DNA from: Pelagomonas calceolata
Taxonomy: Eukaryota
Direction of reading: 5' to 3'
NCBI GenBank assembly: GCA_918797485.1
Contig: CAKKNE010000006.1
Coordinates: forward strand, 2,356,001 to 2,420,000
Length of the DNA: 64,000 nucleotides
In this document: positions 1-11,427 of the stretch, one piece after another
How the letters are laid out: every line of letters begins with the position of its first letter
Position numbering within the stretch: the stretch's first letter is position 1
Made by a program: the position numbers and the translations under genes
Notes under the pieces: model-generated
What the model was told of the DNA's origin: nothing
What the model saw: the letters and a program-made list of their open reading frames with translations, nothing else
Database searches by the model: none

Positions 1-2
1 TG

Positions 3-1124
3 GCGGCGCTCGATGCGGAGTTAGACGCTGTGGATCGGTTGCTGAAGAACGAAGCGGTGCCCGAGGATCGCAGTATGAAGCTCGAACGAGTCCTGAACGC
101 CTTCTTCACGGCGGCTCGAGGCGCCTTCTGCGGCTTGGCTGGCGGCGTTATTATCATCAATTTCGCCCTGGACAAGGATCGGCAGCTCCTGGACCACTAC
201 GGTCGAACGTCGAACTTATTCAGGCGGTGGGGCTATCTCCTCGCGACGACCGTCTTCGTCGGTGCACTCAATGCCTGGCACAACGCCCAAGCTAACGCAA
301 GAATAGAGAGAATCGATCCCATTTTGACGCTCGAAGTCCGTTCCATGGTCGTGATCTACTTCTTCGCTCTCGTGTTCACGTTGGCGATGGCCACGGCCGA
401 CGCTTCGTTAGCGAGGCACTGGACGGACTGGGACCCCGAGACTACTGATGCTACAGAACTACAGTTATATAATGATCGAGACGACGATTGGGAGCGCGTG
501 TTCTATGGGAAAGCTACTGAATTACAAACCTTCAAGACCTGGCGCTTCTGCTGCTGGGCGCGGTTCGTCTGTGCCGCTGTTGGCTGGTTGGTTTCGTTGA
601 ATCGCTTTGACCAGCTGTCGAAGCAACTGCACGCGAAACGTCGAGAGATTGATGCTTTACGGGGTGCTGTGCGTACCGCTAGTACGAAGATGATCGACCT
701 CTACAACGAACAGGAGAAGAATAAGGAGGTACCGACCGGGACCGAAGCCTTGCGGGATCTGCTCGGTCGACGAGGCTTACCCGTTCCTGCCGAGGCGCAG
801 GATCTGGTCCGGAACCCACTCATGGAGGCGGAGGCGCCTACCCTCGAGCGGAAGGACGAGAAGCCCTCGGCCCTCCAGAAGATGGCGGCCCTACAAAAGA
901 AAAAGGCGGAGCTCGGTAAAAAGTCGGCCGAGGAGCTCAGTAAAACGCGCGGAAACGAGGAGGAGAAGACGACGGAGAACCCCATCCGCGGCGTGCGCGT
1001 CGTCCAGTCCAAGCCGGCAGCTTCTCCAGCGAAATCGGACGCCAGCGGGAGCAGCGACGACTCGAGCACGGACGACGAGGGGCCGCGGGACCTGCTGACA
1101 GGGAGCCCGCGCCAGCGCCGCTGA
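3..1124 (+). CDS. 3' part of an uncharacterised multi-pass membrane protein with charged low-complexity C-terminus (5'-partial)
   Basis: Frame is open from the window start to TGA at 1124; several hydrophobic segments, then coiled-coil/acidic tail. Confidence 0.6.
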   Translation, partial: AALDAELDAVDRLLKNEAVPEDRSMKLERVLNAFFTAARGAFCGLAGGVIIINFALDKDRQLLDHYGRTSNLFRRWGYLLATTVFVGALNAWHNAQANARIERIDPILTLEVRSMVVIYFFALVFTLAMATADASLARHWTDWDPETTDATELQLYNDRDDDWERVFYGKATELQTFKTWRFCCWARFVCAAVGWLVSLNRFDQLSKQLHAKRREIDALRGAVRTASTKMIDLYNEQEKNKEVPTGTEALRDLLGRRGLPVPAEAQDLVRNPLMEAEAPTLERKDEKPSALQKMAALQKKKAELGKKSAEELSKTRGNEEEKTTENPIRGVRVVQSKPAASPAKSDASGSSDDSSTDDEGPRDLLTGSPRQRR

Positions 1125-1253
1125 GTTGAGTAACAGACTACTTAGTATGAACAACACTAGCTAGTGGCGACGGGCCGCGGCGATGGCGTGAACACTGCAT
1201 CCCGCTCCACGGGCACGCCGCCGCCCCTCACGCCACCGACGCGAAGGACAACA

Positions 1254-2600
1254 CTACGACACCGCCGCGAAGGACAGCCCGACGAGCGCCAGGCCGAATG
1301 AGACCAGTACGAAGGAAGCACAACGCCGCCACCACAAACGCGGCTTCTCGCGCGCCGCCAGCACCACTGGCGAAGAGAAGATCAAACCCGGCAGGATGAA
1401 CCCGATCAGCGACCCGGCGACGGCCCCCGTCAAAGCCATGACTGCGCCCAGCGAATCTGTACTGAGAGCGACGCCGACGAGCGAAGCCCACAGCCCGAGC
1501 GACCACATACCGTGCGTCCTCGATGAGACGAGACGCACGTCCTCCACCGAGGCATCGCGGTATTTTGAGGACGCGGCCCGATGCAGCGCGTGGCCCGCCT
1601 GGCGGCAGACGAACACCGAGCTCGGAATGCCGAACACCATCGTAATGGCATAGAGTAACCGAGCAATCAGCGCTCGCACGTCGTGGATGGGGTAGTCGTT
1701 CAGGATGTTGCTCGAGGTTTGCGCACCGTAGGTGAGGTAGCCCGCTGCACTGAACAATACACAAAGTAAAGCTGAGGAGCCGAGGGCGAGGCCCGTCGAT
1801 TTCGCGAAGCGGGAAGGTGTCCTTCGTTTCAGGGACCGGTAGTACAAAAAGCACGAGTCCTGGCACACAAAGGCGAAGGCGAACAGGCCCAGGGCGGCCA
1901 CGACGCCGCGGCCCTCGTTCTCAGGTGCCGCTATCGTTAATGACCCTTCTTGGCCCCTCGTACATAACTCAGAAATAACAACACCGGTAGCCGCGAAGAC
2001 CGCTGCTACACTGAGTAGCGAGATGCCTTCCAATCCAGAAACGTCCCTCAACAAACAGGGTGGTAGAGCCGCCATTCCAGCTCCAGCGACACACGCCAGC
2101 CGCAAATGTTTACAAGGCTTCGCCACGAAGAACTCGACGGACGACACCGCCGTGTCGCCGAAGATAATTAAATATGTAAGTGCAGCCCCGACGTCGAAGA
2201 CGAATTGGCCGCCGCAGACCAAGACCTCCCCAATACTTCCCAGACATTTTTTCGCCAATCCCCCGTAGCACGCCGCCTTGAGCAGTTCGGCGTCCCGTAC
2301 TAACGCGACGACTACCACATGTACGGTGAAAGCCATCCCGACGAGTAAAATGCAGCCGAGGCCCAGGCCCGCGTCCTTGAGGGCTGCGGGCAGGCCGACG
2401 ATGCCGCTCCCGACGATGGCGTTCGCTAGATTTATTCCTACGCCCAGGATCGTCGAGCGGCCCTCGTCTGGCTCTTCGGGCGTTGTTTCCGGCGCGTCTG
2501 CAGCACTTTGTTCTTGTGCCTCATTTACGGGTGCCTCGGAGGCGTCCTCGAGCAGCGGCGCGGCGAGCGCTGTTGCCTGCTCTTCGTCCTCATCAGCCAT
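1254..2600 (-). CDS. Amino acid transporter, Aa_trans/AAAP family (SLC38-like)
   Basis: 448-aa ORF; NLANAIVGSGIVGLP and FAFAFVCQD motifs, about 11 TM segments. Confidence 0.9.
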   Translation of the reverse strand: MADEDEEQATALAAPLLEDASEAPVNEAQEQSAADAPETTPEEPDEGRSTILGVGINLANAIVGSGIVGLPAALKDAGLGLGCILLVGMAFTVHVVVVALVRDAELLKAACYGGLAKKCLGSIGEVLVCGGQFVFDVGAALTYLIIFGDTAVSSVEFFVAKPCKHLRLACVAGAGMAALPPCLLRDVSGLEGISLLSVAAVFAATGVVISELCTRGQEGSLTIAAPENEGRGVVAALGLFAFAFVCQDSCFLYYRSLKRRTPSRFAKSTGLALGSSALLCVLFSAAGYLTYGAQTSSNILNDYPIHDVRALIARLLYAITMVFGIPSSVFVCRQAGHALHRAASSKYRDASVEDVRLVSSRTHGMWSLGLWASLVGVALSTDSLGAVMALTGAVAGSLIGFILPGLIFSSPVVLAAREKPRLWWRRCASFVLVSFGLALVGLSFAAVS

Positions 2601-2829
2601 GATGCTTGCACGGGTAGGTGGCTTGTGTTAATGCACCGCTGCGCTGTGGACCTGCGCAAACAGCCGACTTTAGCTAGGGTTATGTGACATACTAGCAAAA
2701 AAAACGCGCCCGCAAAGTGCCGGGAGGCCCTGGCGACGTCGGTGCGGCCGCAGCACGGCTCTTTGGATGATGAATTTAATTAATTGTAGTATAACCGTGT
2801 ATTTAACAGAAAGATTACTCGAAACGCCG

Positions 2830-5558
2830 TCACGGCGTCCAGGCCCCGACCGGGCAGACCCCGCCGTTGCCGGTCGCCAGGTCTTCCGCGCAGTCGTACG
2901 ACTCGCGGGCAGGACACGTCAGCGGGCAGTGCGGGTCGCCGGCCCGGCAGCCGCACGTCGCGGGGCAGAAGTACGACAGGGGCCGGATCGGCCAGTTCGC
3001 GCCACCTTCGACGCACAGGTTCGTGGGACCCAATTCGAGCCACGGGAGGACCCAGCAGCCCCAGCGGAGCTGCAGCGATAGACTGACGGCGCTCGCCGCG
3101 AAGTCCTGAGGCCACGTCCACCCGACGCGTTCCCAATTATCCAGGTACGCGTTGTAGGCCGTGTCATTGTACTCCACGTCCTCGCATGGGGTGTCCTGGA
3201 GCCGTGCCATGTACCCTCCCGCGCGCATGCAGTTTCTCCCACAACCCTGGTTCGGGTTCGCCAGAACTAAGGAACTGCGCGGGTCGTCGCAGCCGCAGGT
3301 CCGGGGGCAGAAGAGTCGTGCCCTCAACCCGATGTCGTCGTTGTCGTGGCAGTACCGAGCCACATCACTACAACTCGGCGCGATGCAACTCTTCGTAGTC
3401 GCGTCGCAGAATGGTTTCGACGGCGGACAGCTCCCGCCGCAGGCGTCTCTAGATACCGCGTCGCCGACGGCCCCGCGAATCTGCAGGTCGAGCTCGAACT
3501 GCAGGTCGAGCGTGTCCTCGCACCCGGAATTCCACGTCACGACGGCGTCCTCCACGCTCCGCTGCTTCTGCTGCGCCTGCGCGGAATTTGGACGGAAGGT
3601 GACGTGCCGCGTCGATGGCGTCGCGAGGTGAAGGCCCGCGACGGACGCCGCACGCGGACCACGGACCAGCTGCCACCGGCGGCCACTGGCAGCCGCGTCT
3701 TCGTCGCGAGGCAGCAGGCGGGCGCCGCGGGGTTGCTTCCGAGAGTGGCCCCGGTGGCCTCGTCCCAGAGGTAGCAGGCGTCGCTGTGTGGATCGACCGG
3801 TGACGCCGATGCGCGAGACCCTTCATTCGACCGGTGACGCGCGACGACGCCCCCTCGACGCCGACGCGGCAAGATTCATCAAAAACGGACGCTGGTCGCG
3901 GACTAGCACGTCGCGTTCCCCGCCGCGTCGACACCGATGAAGTGGTCCCGGCCCAACTGCCGCAGCACGGTCTGCACCTGTGCGCAAATCAGTGCTTGCG
4001 TCGCGTCGATGGCGTGGATATGCGACGTTTGATTTATGCACTGCGCGCCAACGGTCCACTCGCGGAAGCTCCAGTCCATGTTGTCGTCCATCGTGAGGTC
4101 AGCGCCCGCGCCGCCGCCGTCCGGAAAGTTCCGCTCCTCGAGGCGGTCGACGCGCGCGCCGGGCGTGTGCGCCCACCTGTGTGGACAAAGTAGCGTCGAT
4201 GGCGTCGGGCGCGTGAGATTTGATTTCCACACAGGCGCCCACGCGACTATCCCAGCCGCGTCGCTCGCGTAGATGAAATCGAGCTCGCCAGCACACAACG
4301 CGTCTCTCGCCTTGACGAAGAGCTCGCGCTGCGGTTGAACGTGGGCGACGAGCAAAGCCGCGACGAACCTGCGTAGAATTATCACGTCAACCCCCACGCC
4401 ATCGACGCACGGGTTGATTTCCACACGGGACGGAACGCGAAGGCCCCGAGTACCGGCGGCGCGAGGACCGCGTACGACGGCACACATGCAGGGAGGGCCG
4501 TCGCGCCCACGAGCCGCTTGAGCCGCCAGGACCCGAGCGCCGCAAAAATTAATTCATCGATCTGCAGAACGATCTCCAGCGCGACGGCGTTCAGGATCAG
4601 GTCGCCGATGCCCGGCGTGATATAAAGCCCCGTACCACGCCAGCACGCAGCAGATGCAGAGTCGTACGACTTGTAAGATAACGCCCCAGGCCGTCCGCGC
4701 GGGGCCGACGTCCATGCGTAGGACGCTGTACAACGTCATGCCGGCCTTGAGCACCGACCCGACGATCGTGAAGGTCCAGACGAGCAGCGCGATGATGCAC
4801 AACAAGACGCCCTGGGGCCAGAGTCGGTCCTGCATGCCCGCGTAGGTCTTGAGCACCGCGAACTGGTCGACTTGCGACGCCGCGACCTCGTTGTACGCCA
4901 GCTCCGAGCAGACCTTGCGCGCCAGCGACACGCCGCGCGCCGCGTCGTAGTACTGCACGTCGTGCGCGATCTCGACGCGAAACTTGCGGAACTCCGAGAC
5001 CGTCTCCGCGGTGATGGCCTTGTCATACCCTAACTGCGCCGCAACATATAAAAAGATGAGCTGCGTGGCGACCATCAGCACGAGCAGGCCCACGGTCGTG
5101 GCGGCGTCGCCCAGTGACGTCTCCGGCGCGCCGACCAAGAGCGCCGCCTCCCAGAGCGACTCCTCCATGTCCCGTTCATCCTCGGTCGCCTCGGCCTCGC
5201 CCGCTTCGGGAGCCACCGCGATAATGGTCTCGTCCGCCTTCTCGCTCCGCGGCCGCGGGCTCGGCCACCAACTCGGCTGCTTCGCCGCTTTTTTACGCGG
5301 GGCGAGCTCCGCGATCGCGGCACTGAGGGCGTTCCGGTCCCTGAGACTTGGAATGCCCAGCTCCGTGCGAATGTCCGCCTTGGACATTTCGACGAGGAGC
5401 GCCCCATCGACTTCATTGGTTCGGAGCGCCTGCGCCGTCCGCGCCGACAGCTTGGTGGCAGCCCAGCCCGCCACTTGATTCACTGACCAGGTCTCGACGT
5501 CGCCGTCCGGCAGGACGTAGTCCTCCTCGGGGGTGACGCCGCAGAGGGCGTCGATCAT
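2830..5558 (-). CDS. SAM-domain multi-pass membrane protein with Cys-rich C-terminal region; 5 introns and one apparent frameshift near 4620 (possible pseudogene)
   Basis: SAM motif WSVNQVAGW...EVDGALLVEM..DIRTELGI. Exons join in frame after removing introns 4369-4436, 4177-4242, 3978-4052, 3784-3903 and 3577-3659. Frame change between YGALY and ITPGIGDLILNAVALE. Confidence 0.7.
3577..3659 (-). other. GT-AG intron with CGCCATCGACGCG motif (degenerate introner-like)
   Basis: GTCCGC...TTCCGCGCAG; joins GGSWSV|AQQKQRSVEDAVV in frame. Confidence 0.65.
3784..3903 (-). other. GT-AG intron that removes an apparent in-frame TAG
   Basis: TA|GTCCGC...GATCCACACAG|C gives TAC: GNATCYDACYLWDE. Confidence 0.7.
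3978..4052 (-). mobile_element. Introner-like intron (degenerate TIR)
   Basis: CAGTGCATAAATCA...TGATTTGCGCACAG ends; 75 nt, joins REWT|VQTVL. Confidence 0.65.
4177..4242 (-). mobile_element. Introner element with perfect 8-bp TSD (GTGGGCGC)
   Basis: Element 4177-4234 bounded by CTGTGTGGA...TCCACACAG; GCGCCCAC at 4169-4176 and 4235-4242. Confidence 0.85.
4369..4436 (-). mobile_element. Introner-like intron
   Basis: GTTCCGTC+CCGTGTGGAAATCAA...CGCAG; restores frame GAFA|FVAALL. Confidence 0.75.
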
Positions 5559-5858
5559 GCTGGCTTAATCAACCTCTTGGGTTGTGCTGCAGGCGCTGCA
5601 GCAAAGACGACACTCGTGCGCCCAGTGCGCGCCTCCGCGGACGGCGACGACGCGCAGCGGGGCAGCACTCTGGCTCCCAGGAGCAGCAGTCTGGGCAGCC
5701 TCTCTCTCTTCAAACTGAAACTGAATCACTTATGCAGGGGCGGCCCTCCCGGGATTCCTCCGGGGACGCTTCTCCCGAGAGCTGCCCCTCGGAAGACTTT
5801 GGTGACCCGCACGACCTTCAAAGTTCAGCTCACCAAGGTGCAAAGGCTGCCCATCGCC

Positions 5859-8595
5859 ATGAAGCTCCTCCTGGCCCTCGCGGCGGGGCGCGCGGCCGCC
5901 GTCACCGACGTCTTCCTCGCGTCGGACCGCCTCGCGGCCTCGGCGGCCGTGCTCAACTCGGTCTGCGACAACAGCAACCCTTCCCAGCTCCGCTTCCATC
6001 TGCTGGCGCCGACGCAAGAGGAGGCGGAAACGCTGGCGCGCGAGACGGAAACGGCCTGCGATGGCGCGGTTGTGCTGCCGTACGGCCTCGCGGAATTCGA
6101 GGCCCGCGTCCGGACGCTCGGCGAGGAGCCGATGTGGACGACGGCGCTCGCCACGGTCGAACGGTCGACGTCGGCGTACGCCGTACCCGTGGCGCGCTGG
6201 GACCGCGACAAAAAGCACACGTCCCCGTACAACCACGCCCGCTTCTACGCGCCCCAATTGATAGAAGGCGACACGCTCGTGATGCTCGACGACGACGTCA
6301 TCGTCCAGGGCGACGTCACGACGCTCAAGCCGCAGCAAAAGGCCGTGGCCGCGGGCTGCCAGCAGTGGTACGTGAACGGAGACGACTTCGAGGCCTCCAC
6401 AGATTTATCATATGCTGATGTTCCGTACTTCGGCTACGGCGTCTTGTCGGAGGACCGCGGCGACCCAACTTGCGCGCACGAGCACGCGACGGAGTGCGTT
6501 CCCGGCGACGCGCGGCAGTGGTTCGCCGAGGTGGCGCGCACCGACCAAGCCGTCGCGAGGCGCGCCGCCTGGCCGCGGCTCCTCCGGCGCCTCGCCGCGA
6601 TCAAGGACGACGCCTTCGCTTCCCCCTCGCCGGACGACGGCGACGCGTTCGTCGAGGAATTACGGAACGCTCGGGCCTGGAACTTCGGGCTGGTCGTGAT
6701 CGACCTCAACTCGTGGAAACGGCACGAGCTCACGGCGAAATATACTGGGTGGCTCGAGGCCAACTACCGTCGGGAATTCTGGCCAAGCGACTCCCTCGCG
6801 TTCGGGCTGGGCCTGCCGTTCCTCGCGCTGCGGGGCGAGGTCGAGTGCTTTGAGGATGCTGGCGCCGTAAGCTTCGAGCAGGGCCTGGGCGTGGCGCCCT
6901 GGGTCCACACGGACCGCGACACGAAAACTCTAGACGACGCCTTTGCCCTACATTGGAACGGTAATAGGAAGCCGTGGGATATGGATCGGTGCGACGAGGA
7001 GACGCGGCCCTACTTCTTGCGGTACCTCGCGCGGTCCCCGGGACTCTACGGCGGCCACGTCGCCGAATCTAACGGAGACTACTATGCCAAGTGCGCACCG
7101 CCGCCACCCAAGCCCTCGCACCACCGCTTCCTCGCGGACCGATCCACTGCCACGAAGGCGTCGGTCGCGGGCTCGGCATTCTCCACTTGGGACCAGGCCT
7201 ACGCGTGGTATGCGAACGTATATAAGTTCACGGAGCCCAAGGACATTGCGGAGGGCTATACCGAGGCGGACTGGCCGGGGATGGTCCGACTCGCTGCGTC
7301 TTCAGTTTCGCCGTCGACGCGACACTGTAAAGGTCGTTTCCACGCAGGCCATCACCATCGATGATTGTGAAGCCAAGTGCGCCGCCCACTTTCCGAGTGG
7401 CCGCGGAGTCCTCGCGTGCCCCAAGACGGAACTCGAGCGCAACATCCTGAAGTGGCTCTGGTGGCATCCCAGTGCATATGGCTTCGTAGGTAACTATCGC
7501 GGCACGGCGGCGAGCGACGCCTTCGACGGCTGCCCGCGCGGTGCCGGCACCGTGGGCGACGGCACGGCGGGCGTCGCCGGCGATGGCCCCGCGTCGCTGG
7601 GCTTCATGCCGGACAACGGCGGCACGTGCGACATCGAGGAGCGGTGTGCGGTGCTTGTGGGAAACGAGTGGGTGATCGAGAAGGAGACGTGGGGCAAGGG
7701 CGAGTCCTGGGAGGTGACGGACCGATGGCAGACCGGCGAGATCACGTGGAAGGACTGGATCGACGACAAGAGCTGCGGCACCGGGGACTACGCTTTGCCC
7801 GAGAAGGACGTGGAAGAGAACGACAGCGGTGAACTGAGTGGAAATCAACCAGTGCGTCGGGTGCACCCGACAATTCTTCACGAAGTCCTTTCTCGGCGAC
7901 TACGTGGCCGCGCTGGCTCCGTTGAGTAGTGATGAACCGGCACCGCCACGCCATCGAGCGAACGAGCCGTAAAATTTGATTTCCACACAGGCGGTGAAGG
8001 CACGAAGACGCGCTACGAGCACCGCCGGAGCGTTTGTTTGTGCGAGGACGCCGAGGCGGATTCTTCGTACGATACAGCCGATCTCCTCGCCACGTCGCCG
8101 GGGCTCCCCTCCGGCTCGACGGCGTTGCCCTGCGACGACATGCTCGTCTCGAGCGAGGACAAGTACGACAAGACCACGAGTGCCGAGGCGTTCGCGATCG
8201 TCTTCATCGTCCTCATCGTCGTCGGCAGCTGCATCGCGTGCAGCGTCTTCGCCTTCATGAGCCAGCGGCGCCAGAGGATGCTATACGAGGAGAACGAGAA
8301 AAAAAGACAAGCGCAACTGGCCAACGCGGCCCCCATCGTCCACGCGCCTCCCGTCGTCCAGCCCCAGGTCCAGCAAGGCTACGTCCAGCCTCAAGTCGTG
8401 CAGGGCGGCTATGGGGCGCCCCAGGGCACCGTGGTGCAGGGAGGCTACGCCCCCCAGCCGGGCTACGCGCCCCAGGGACAAGTCGTCGGCGCCTACCCGC
8501 CCGCGCCACCTGCGGGACAAGTCTATGCCCCCCAGGGCACCGTCGTTCAGGGCGGCTACGCGCCCGAGGGCGGCTACAAGCCCGAAGGGTACTGA
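5859..8595 (+). CDS. Glycosyltransferase family 8 (GAUT/GATL-like) with signal peptide, extra ectodomain, C-terminal TM and Pro/Gln/Gly/Tyr-rich tail; 2 introns
   Basis: NHARFY, LDDDVIVQGD (DxD), NFGLVVIDL and HWNGNRKPW motifs; exons 5859-7283, 7348-7825 and 7991-8595 join in frame. Confidence 0.8.
7284..7347 (+). other. 64-nt GT-AG intron with CGCCGTCGACGCG motif
   Basis: ATG|GTCCGA...TTTCCACGCAG|GCC links the two ORF frames. Confidence 0.75.
7826..7990 (+). mobile_element. Introner element, GC-AG intron, perfect TSD GCGGTGAA
   Basis: TSD at 7826-7833 and 7991-7998; TIR CTGAGTGGAAATCAA...TTGATTTCCACACAG. Confidence 0.9.
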
Positions 8596-8721
8596 GCACA
8601 CCCCAAATTCACCCAATGCCTCTCCAAGTCGCCTCCTGCTGCTCTATCGCGATCTCCCCTTACCCTATTGAAATAACTACTGCTCACGTCCACGACCGAA
8701 TAAACTTACGAGAAAACACTA

Positions 8722-10248
8722 CTAGTGGTGCGCCGCCTCGGCGCGCGCCCGTGACCCCAGAGGTCCGGTAACGAGGTGGTGGCGAAACGCGCCCGCGAAC
8801 CGAATCGCGTTGAAGACCGCGAAGGAACACCAGACGCCTGACAACGTACCCCCGAAGGTCCGCAACGACAGCACCAGCCCGCCCGCGGCCACGGCCGCGT
8901 TGCGAGCCAGGGGAAAGAAGGCCTGGTGACCCTGCATGATCCCCTCGGCCACGAAGGTCACGCCGTTCAACAACTGCAGGGCCGCGCCGATGGCCGCCGG
9001 CGCGCGCGCCGCTTCCCGGATCGAGGCGACCGGCGAGAACACGTTCAGGAGCGGTAGTGCCGCCAATTGCAATATAGCGAGCGCCACGCCGGCGCACAGG
9101 CCCCAGCCCAGCATGCGGTCCGCGACGCCCTTCGCGCGCGAGACGCCGCCGCCTTCTTCCTTTGGCGCGTTCATCGCCGCGGGTACAAGAACCGCCGCCA
9201 CCGACGACAACGCGAACAGCACGACGCCGCCGAGCTGCCATACTTGCATCGCTATCGTATGGGCGGCGGCCGCATTACCAGCAGGATCGATGGCCTGGGT
9301 CGCGCGCGTGACGCTCAGGAAGGCGATGTTCAGTGCCACCGACCGCGCCAAGACGCCCGCCCCGCCCGTCAGCAGCGGCAGCAAGCTTCCGAGCGGCGGC
9401 GGCTTCAGGGCCTTGAGGGGATTCGCCGCGAGTTGCAGCGTGCCCCGCTTCAACAGTAAAAGGGTATAAGTGAGCGCCGAGGTCACCTCCGCGGCTGCGG
9501 TCGCGAGAGCCGCACCACCGACCCCGAGACCCGCCCCAAAAATCAGGATGGGATCCAATACCACATTCATCATCTGGGAAAACAACGTGATCCGTAGGGG
9601 CGTTTGCACGTCCAATCGACCGCGGAACGCCGCGAAGCCGACGAACGCGACCATCGCAGGCACCAAAGCACCTGCCCTAATGGTAAGATACTTCGTTGCT
9701 TGACTCCACACCTCGGACGCCGCTGTTGCCGGTAGGGCCAACCCCAAAGCTCGCTTCGGATTGGCAAATAGTAGTAGTGAAGCGGTCGCGCCGATGCACG
9801 TCGAGATCCACAGCGCATCTCTCACACGCTTCCTTACTAAAGTCTCGTCGCCCGACGCGTGGGCCGCGGCGACCAGAGGCGTGACCACCGAAGGGACGAA
9901 GCTGACCACAAAAAATATCGAGCTAAACACCTGGTTCGCAGCACCTAATGCAGCGAGCGCCGTCGGGTCCCCCAGCTTGCCGACCCAGAGCGTATCTACG
10001 GTGCCCACGAGCGGTAATATCAGGAAATTGAGGACGGCAGGTACCGCGAGCTTTGTGATGGTGCCGTCGAGCGCGTCGCCCCGCGGCAGGACGAGGTTCT
10101 TCCCGGTCTCGCCGCCCACGACCTTGAGGCTCTCGAGCGACGCGCTGCTGTGTCTTTTAGTTAAGCGGCGCTGCGGCGTCGGCGGCAGCCGCGCTACCAC
10201 CAGGCTGTGCGCCTGGAGGAGGAGCGGCGCGAGGAGGTGGGTCCGCAT
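8722..10248 (-). CDS. MATE family efflux transporter (DinF/plant DTX42-47-like), probable organellar targeting peptide
   Basis: LAVPAVLNFLILPLVGTVDTLWVGKLG, NVVLDPILIFG, AAAHTIAMQVW; likely start MRTHLLAPLLL. Confidence 0.9.
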   Translation of the reverse strand: MRTHLLAPLLLQAHSLVVARLPPTPQRRLTKRHSSASLESLKVVGGETGKNLVLPRGDALDGTITKLAVPAVLNFLILPLVGTVDTLWVGKLGDPTALAALGAANQVFSSIFFVVSFVPSVVTPLVAAAHASGDETLVRKRVRDALWISTCIGATASLLLFANPKRALGLALPATAASEVWSQATKYLTIRAGALVPAMVAFVGFAAFRGRLDVQTPLRITLFSQMMNVVLDPILIFGAGLGVGGAALATAAAEVTSALTYTLLLLKRGTLQLAANPLKALKPPPLGSLLPLLTGGAGVLARSVALNIAFLSVTRATQAIDPAGNAAAAHTIAMQVWQLGGVVLFALSSVAAVLVPAAMNAPKEEGGGVSRAKGVADRMLGWGLCAGVALAILQLAALPLLNVFSPVASIREAARAPAAIGAALQLLNGVTFVAEGIMQGHQAFFPLARNAAVAAGGLVLSLRTFGGTLSGVWCSFAVFNAIRFAGAFRHHLVTGPLGSRARAEAAHH

Positions 10249-10769
10249 CTTATCTTGCAGGCGCGACTGTAGTACGTAGTAGTGGTAGTGCGGTCGTCGC
10301 GACGTTCGGCTGCTGTGGTGGTCTTTGTTGAGCACTGCTGTTCGCGCTTCGTCTGCGTATCGCTTGCGTTGCGCGTGATCGATGCGGTTCTGACGAGCTG
10401 TTATCGTGCCACAGCGTTGTCCTACGGGCACGAATGGGCGTGACAGCAATGAGCAGATCAACTATGCTGTCATCTCCCAAACTTGCCAGCCAGCGTCCGC
10501 CGCACGCACGCTCGGAAAGGTGAGTCCGGCCTTCAAGAGGTATCGCTCCGGCGCACTTTACAAATACCGCGGCGCCGCGCCGCCCAAGCCACCCGGCACG
10601 CGGCCGCGACGAGACGGAGGACTGCCGCTCGTTTAGACCGCTCGTTGGATACATAGGCAGTAGTAAGAAGAAGAAAGCGCACTTACTACCCCAAGCAAGA
10701 AGAAGCAAGAAGAAGCAAGCACGAGCGCCCCCCACGCCGACGACGAGAGACGAGGGGACGCCTTTACCG

Positions 10770-11102
10770 CTATCGCTTCTTGAAGCCGTACTTCTTCCGC
10801 TCATAAAATAAATCTGTTTTTGATGAACCTAAATTGACGATCTTCGGGCAGCCGTCCCGGTCCTTTTCCATCTGCGTGCATTCTCTGCAATAATACGCAT
10901 CACTAATACCAGGACCGCCACAAATCACGCACCGCCCCTCGTAGCTCCCGTAGTTGCACTCGTCGCAGATTCGAACGAGAGTACAGGGCCGCACGTACGA
11001 GTCGCAGACCACACATTTCCCGTCGCATTTTTCGCAGAGCCGTCCGATCGCGATGCCCGGCTGCTTGCGGCACATGATGAGGTCGGGATGGTGTTTCGCC
11101 AT
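10770..11102 (-). CDS. PHF5A: PHD finger-like domain protein 5A (SF3b14b/Rds3 splicing factor)
   Basis: Highly conserved 110-aa sequence [30 protein letters not shown]...[11 protein letters not shown]. Confidence 0.98.
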   Translation of the reverse strand: MAKHHPDLIMCRKQPGIAIGRLCEKCDGKCVVCDSYVRPCTLVRICDECNYGSYEGRCVICGGPGISDAYYCRECTQMEKDRDGCPKIVNLGSSKTDLFYERKKYGFKKR

Positions 11103-11427
11103 GGTGGCGCGCTTCGGCTACGCTCGACAGCGGCGGCGCTTTCTTCGGCTACGCTACGGCGGCGGCGCTTACGATGCGCGGCGCGGCGCGACGACAGCGA
11201 TGTTCCTTTGTGTGGCAGCGCGGGCGCAGCCGTTCGGCGAACGCGTCGCGGTGCCTTGGCCCTTTGGAAAAAAACAAACGGCAGCGCTAAGGGCTCGGTT
11301 ATTGCCCTGCACGCGCGTCACAGCGATTTTATTAGCATGGCAGAGGCTGGAAATGCTAGTGTGTCAATGAACTAGATAATAATCCGGATCGAGAAGCGCC
11401 CGAAGAACGCCTGCCATCGGCACGAAG

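Noticed and set aside
3903..3905. In-frame TAG suggesting a pseudogene or stop-codon readthrough
   Set aside because: A GT donor splits it (TA|G) and splicing to 3783 gives TAC with the frame restored
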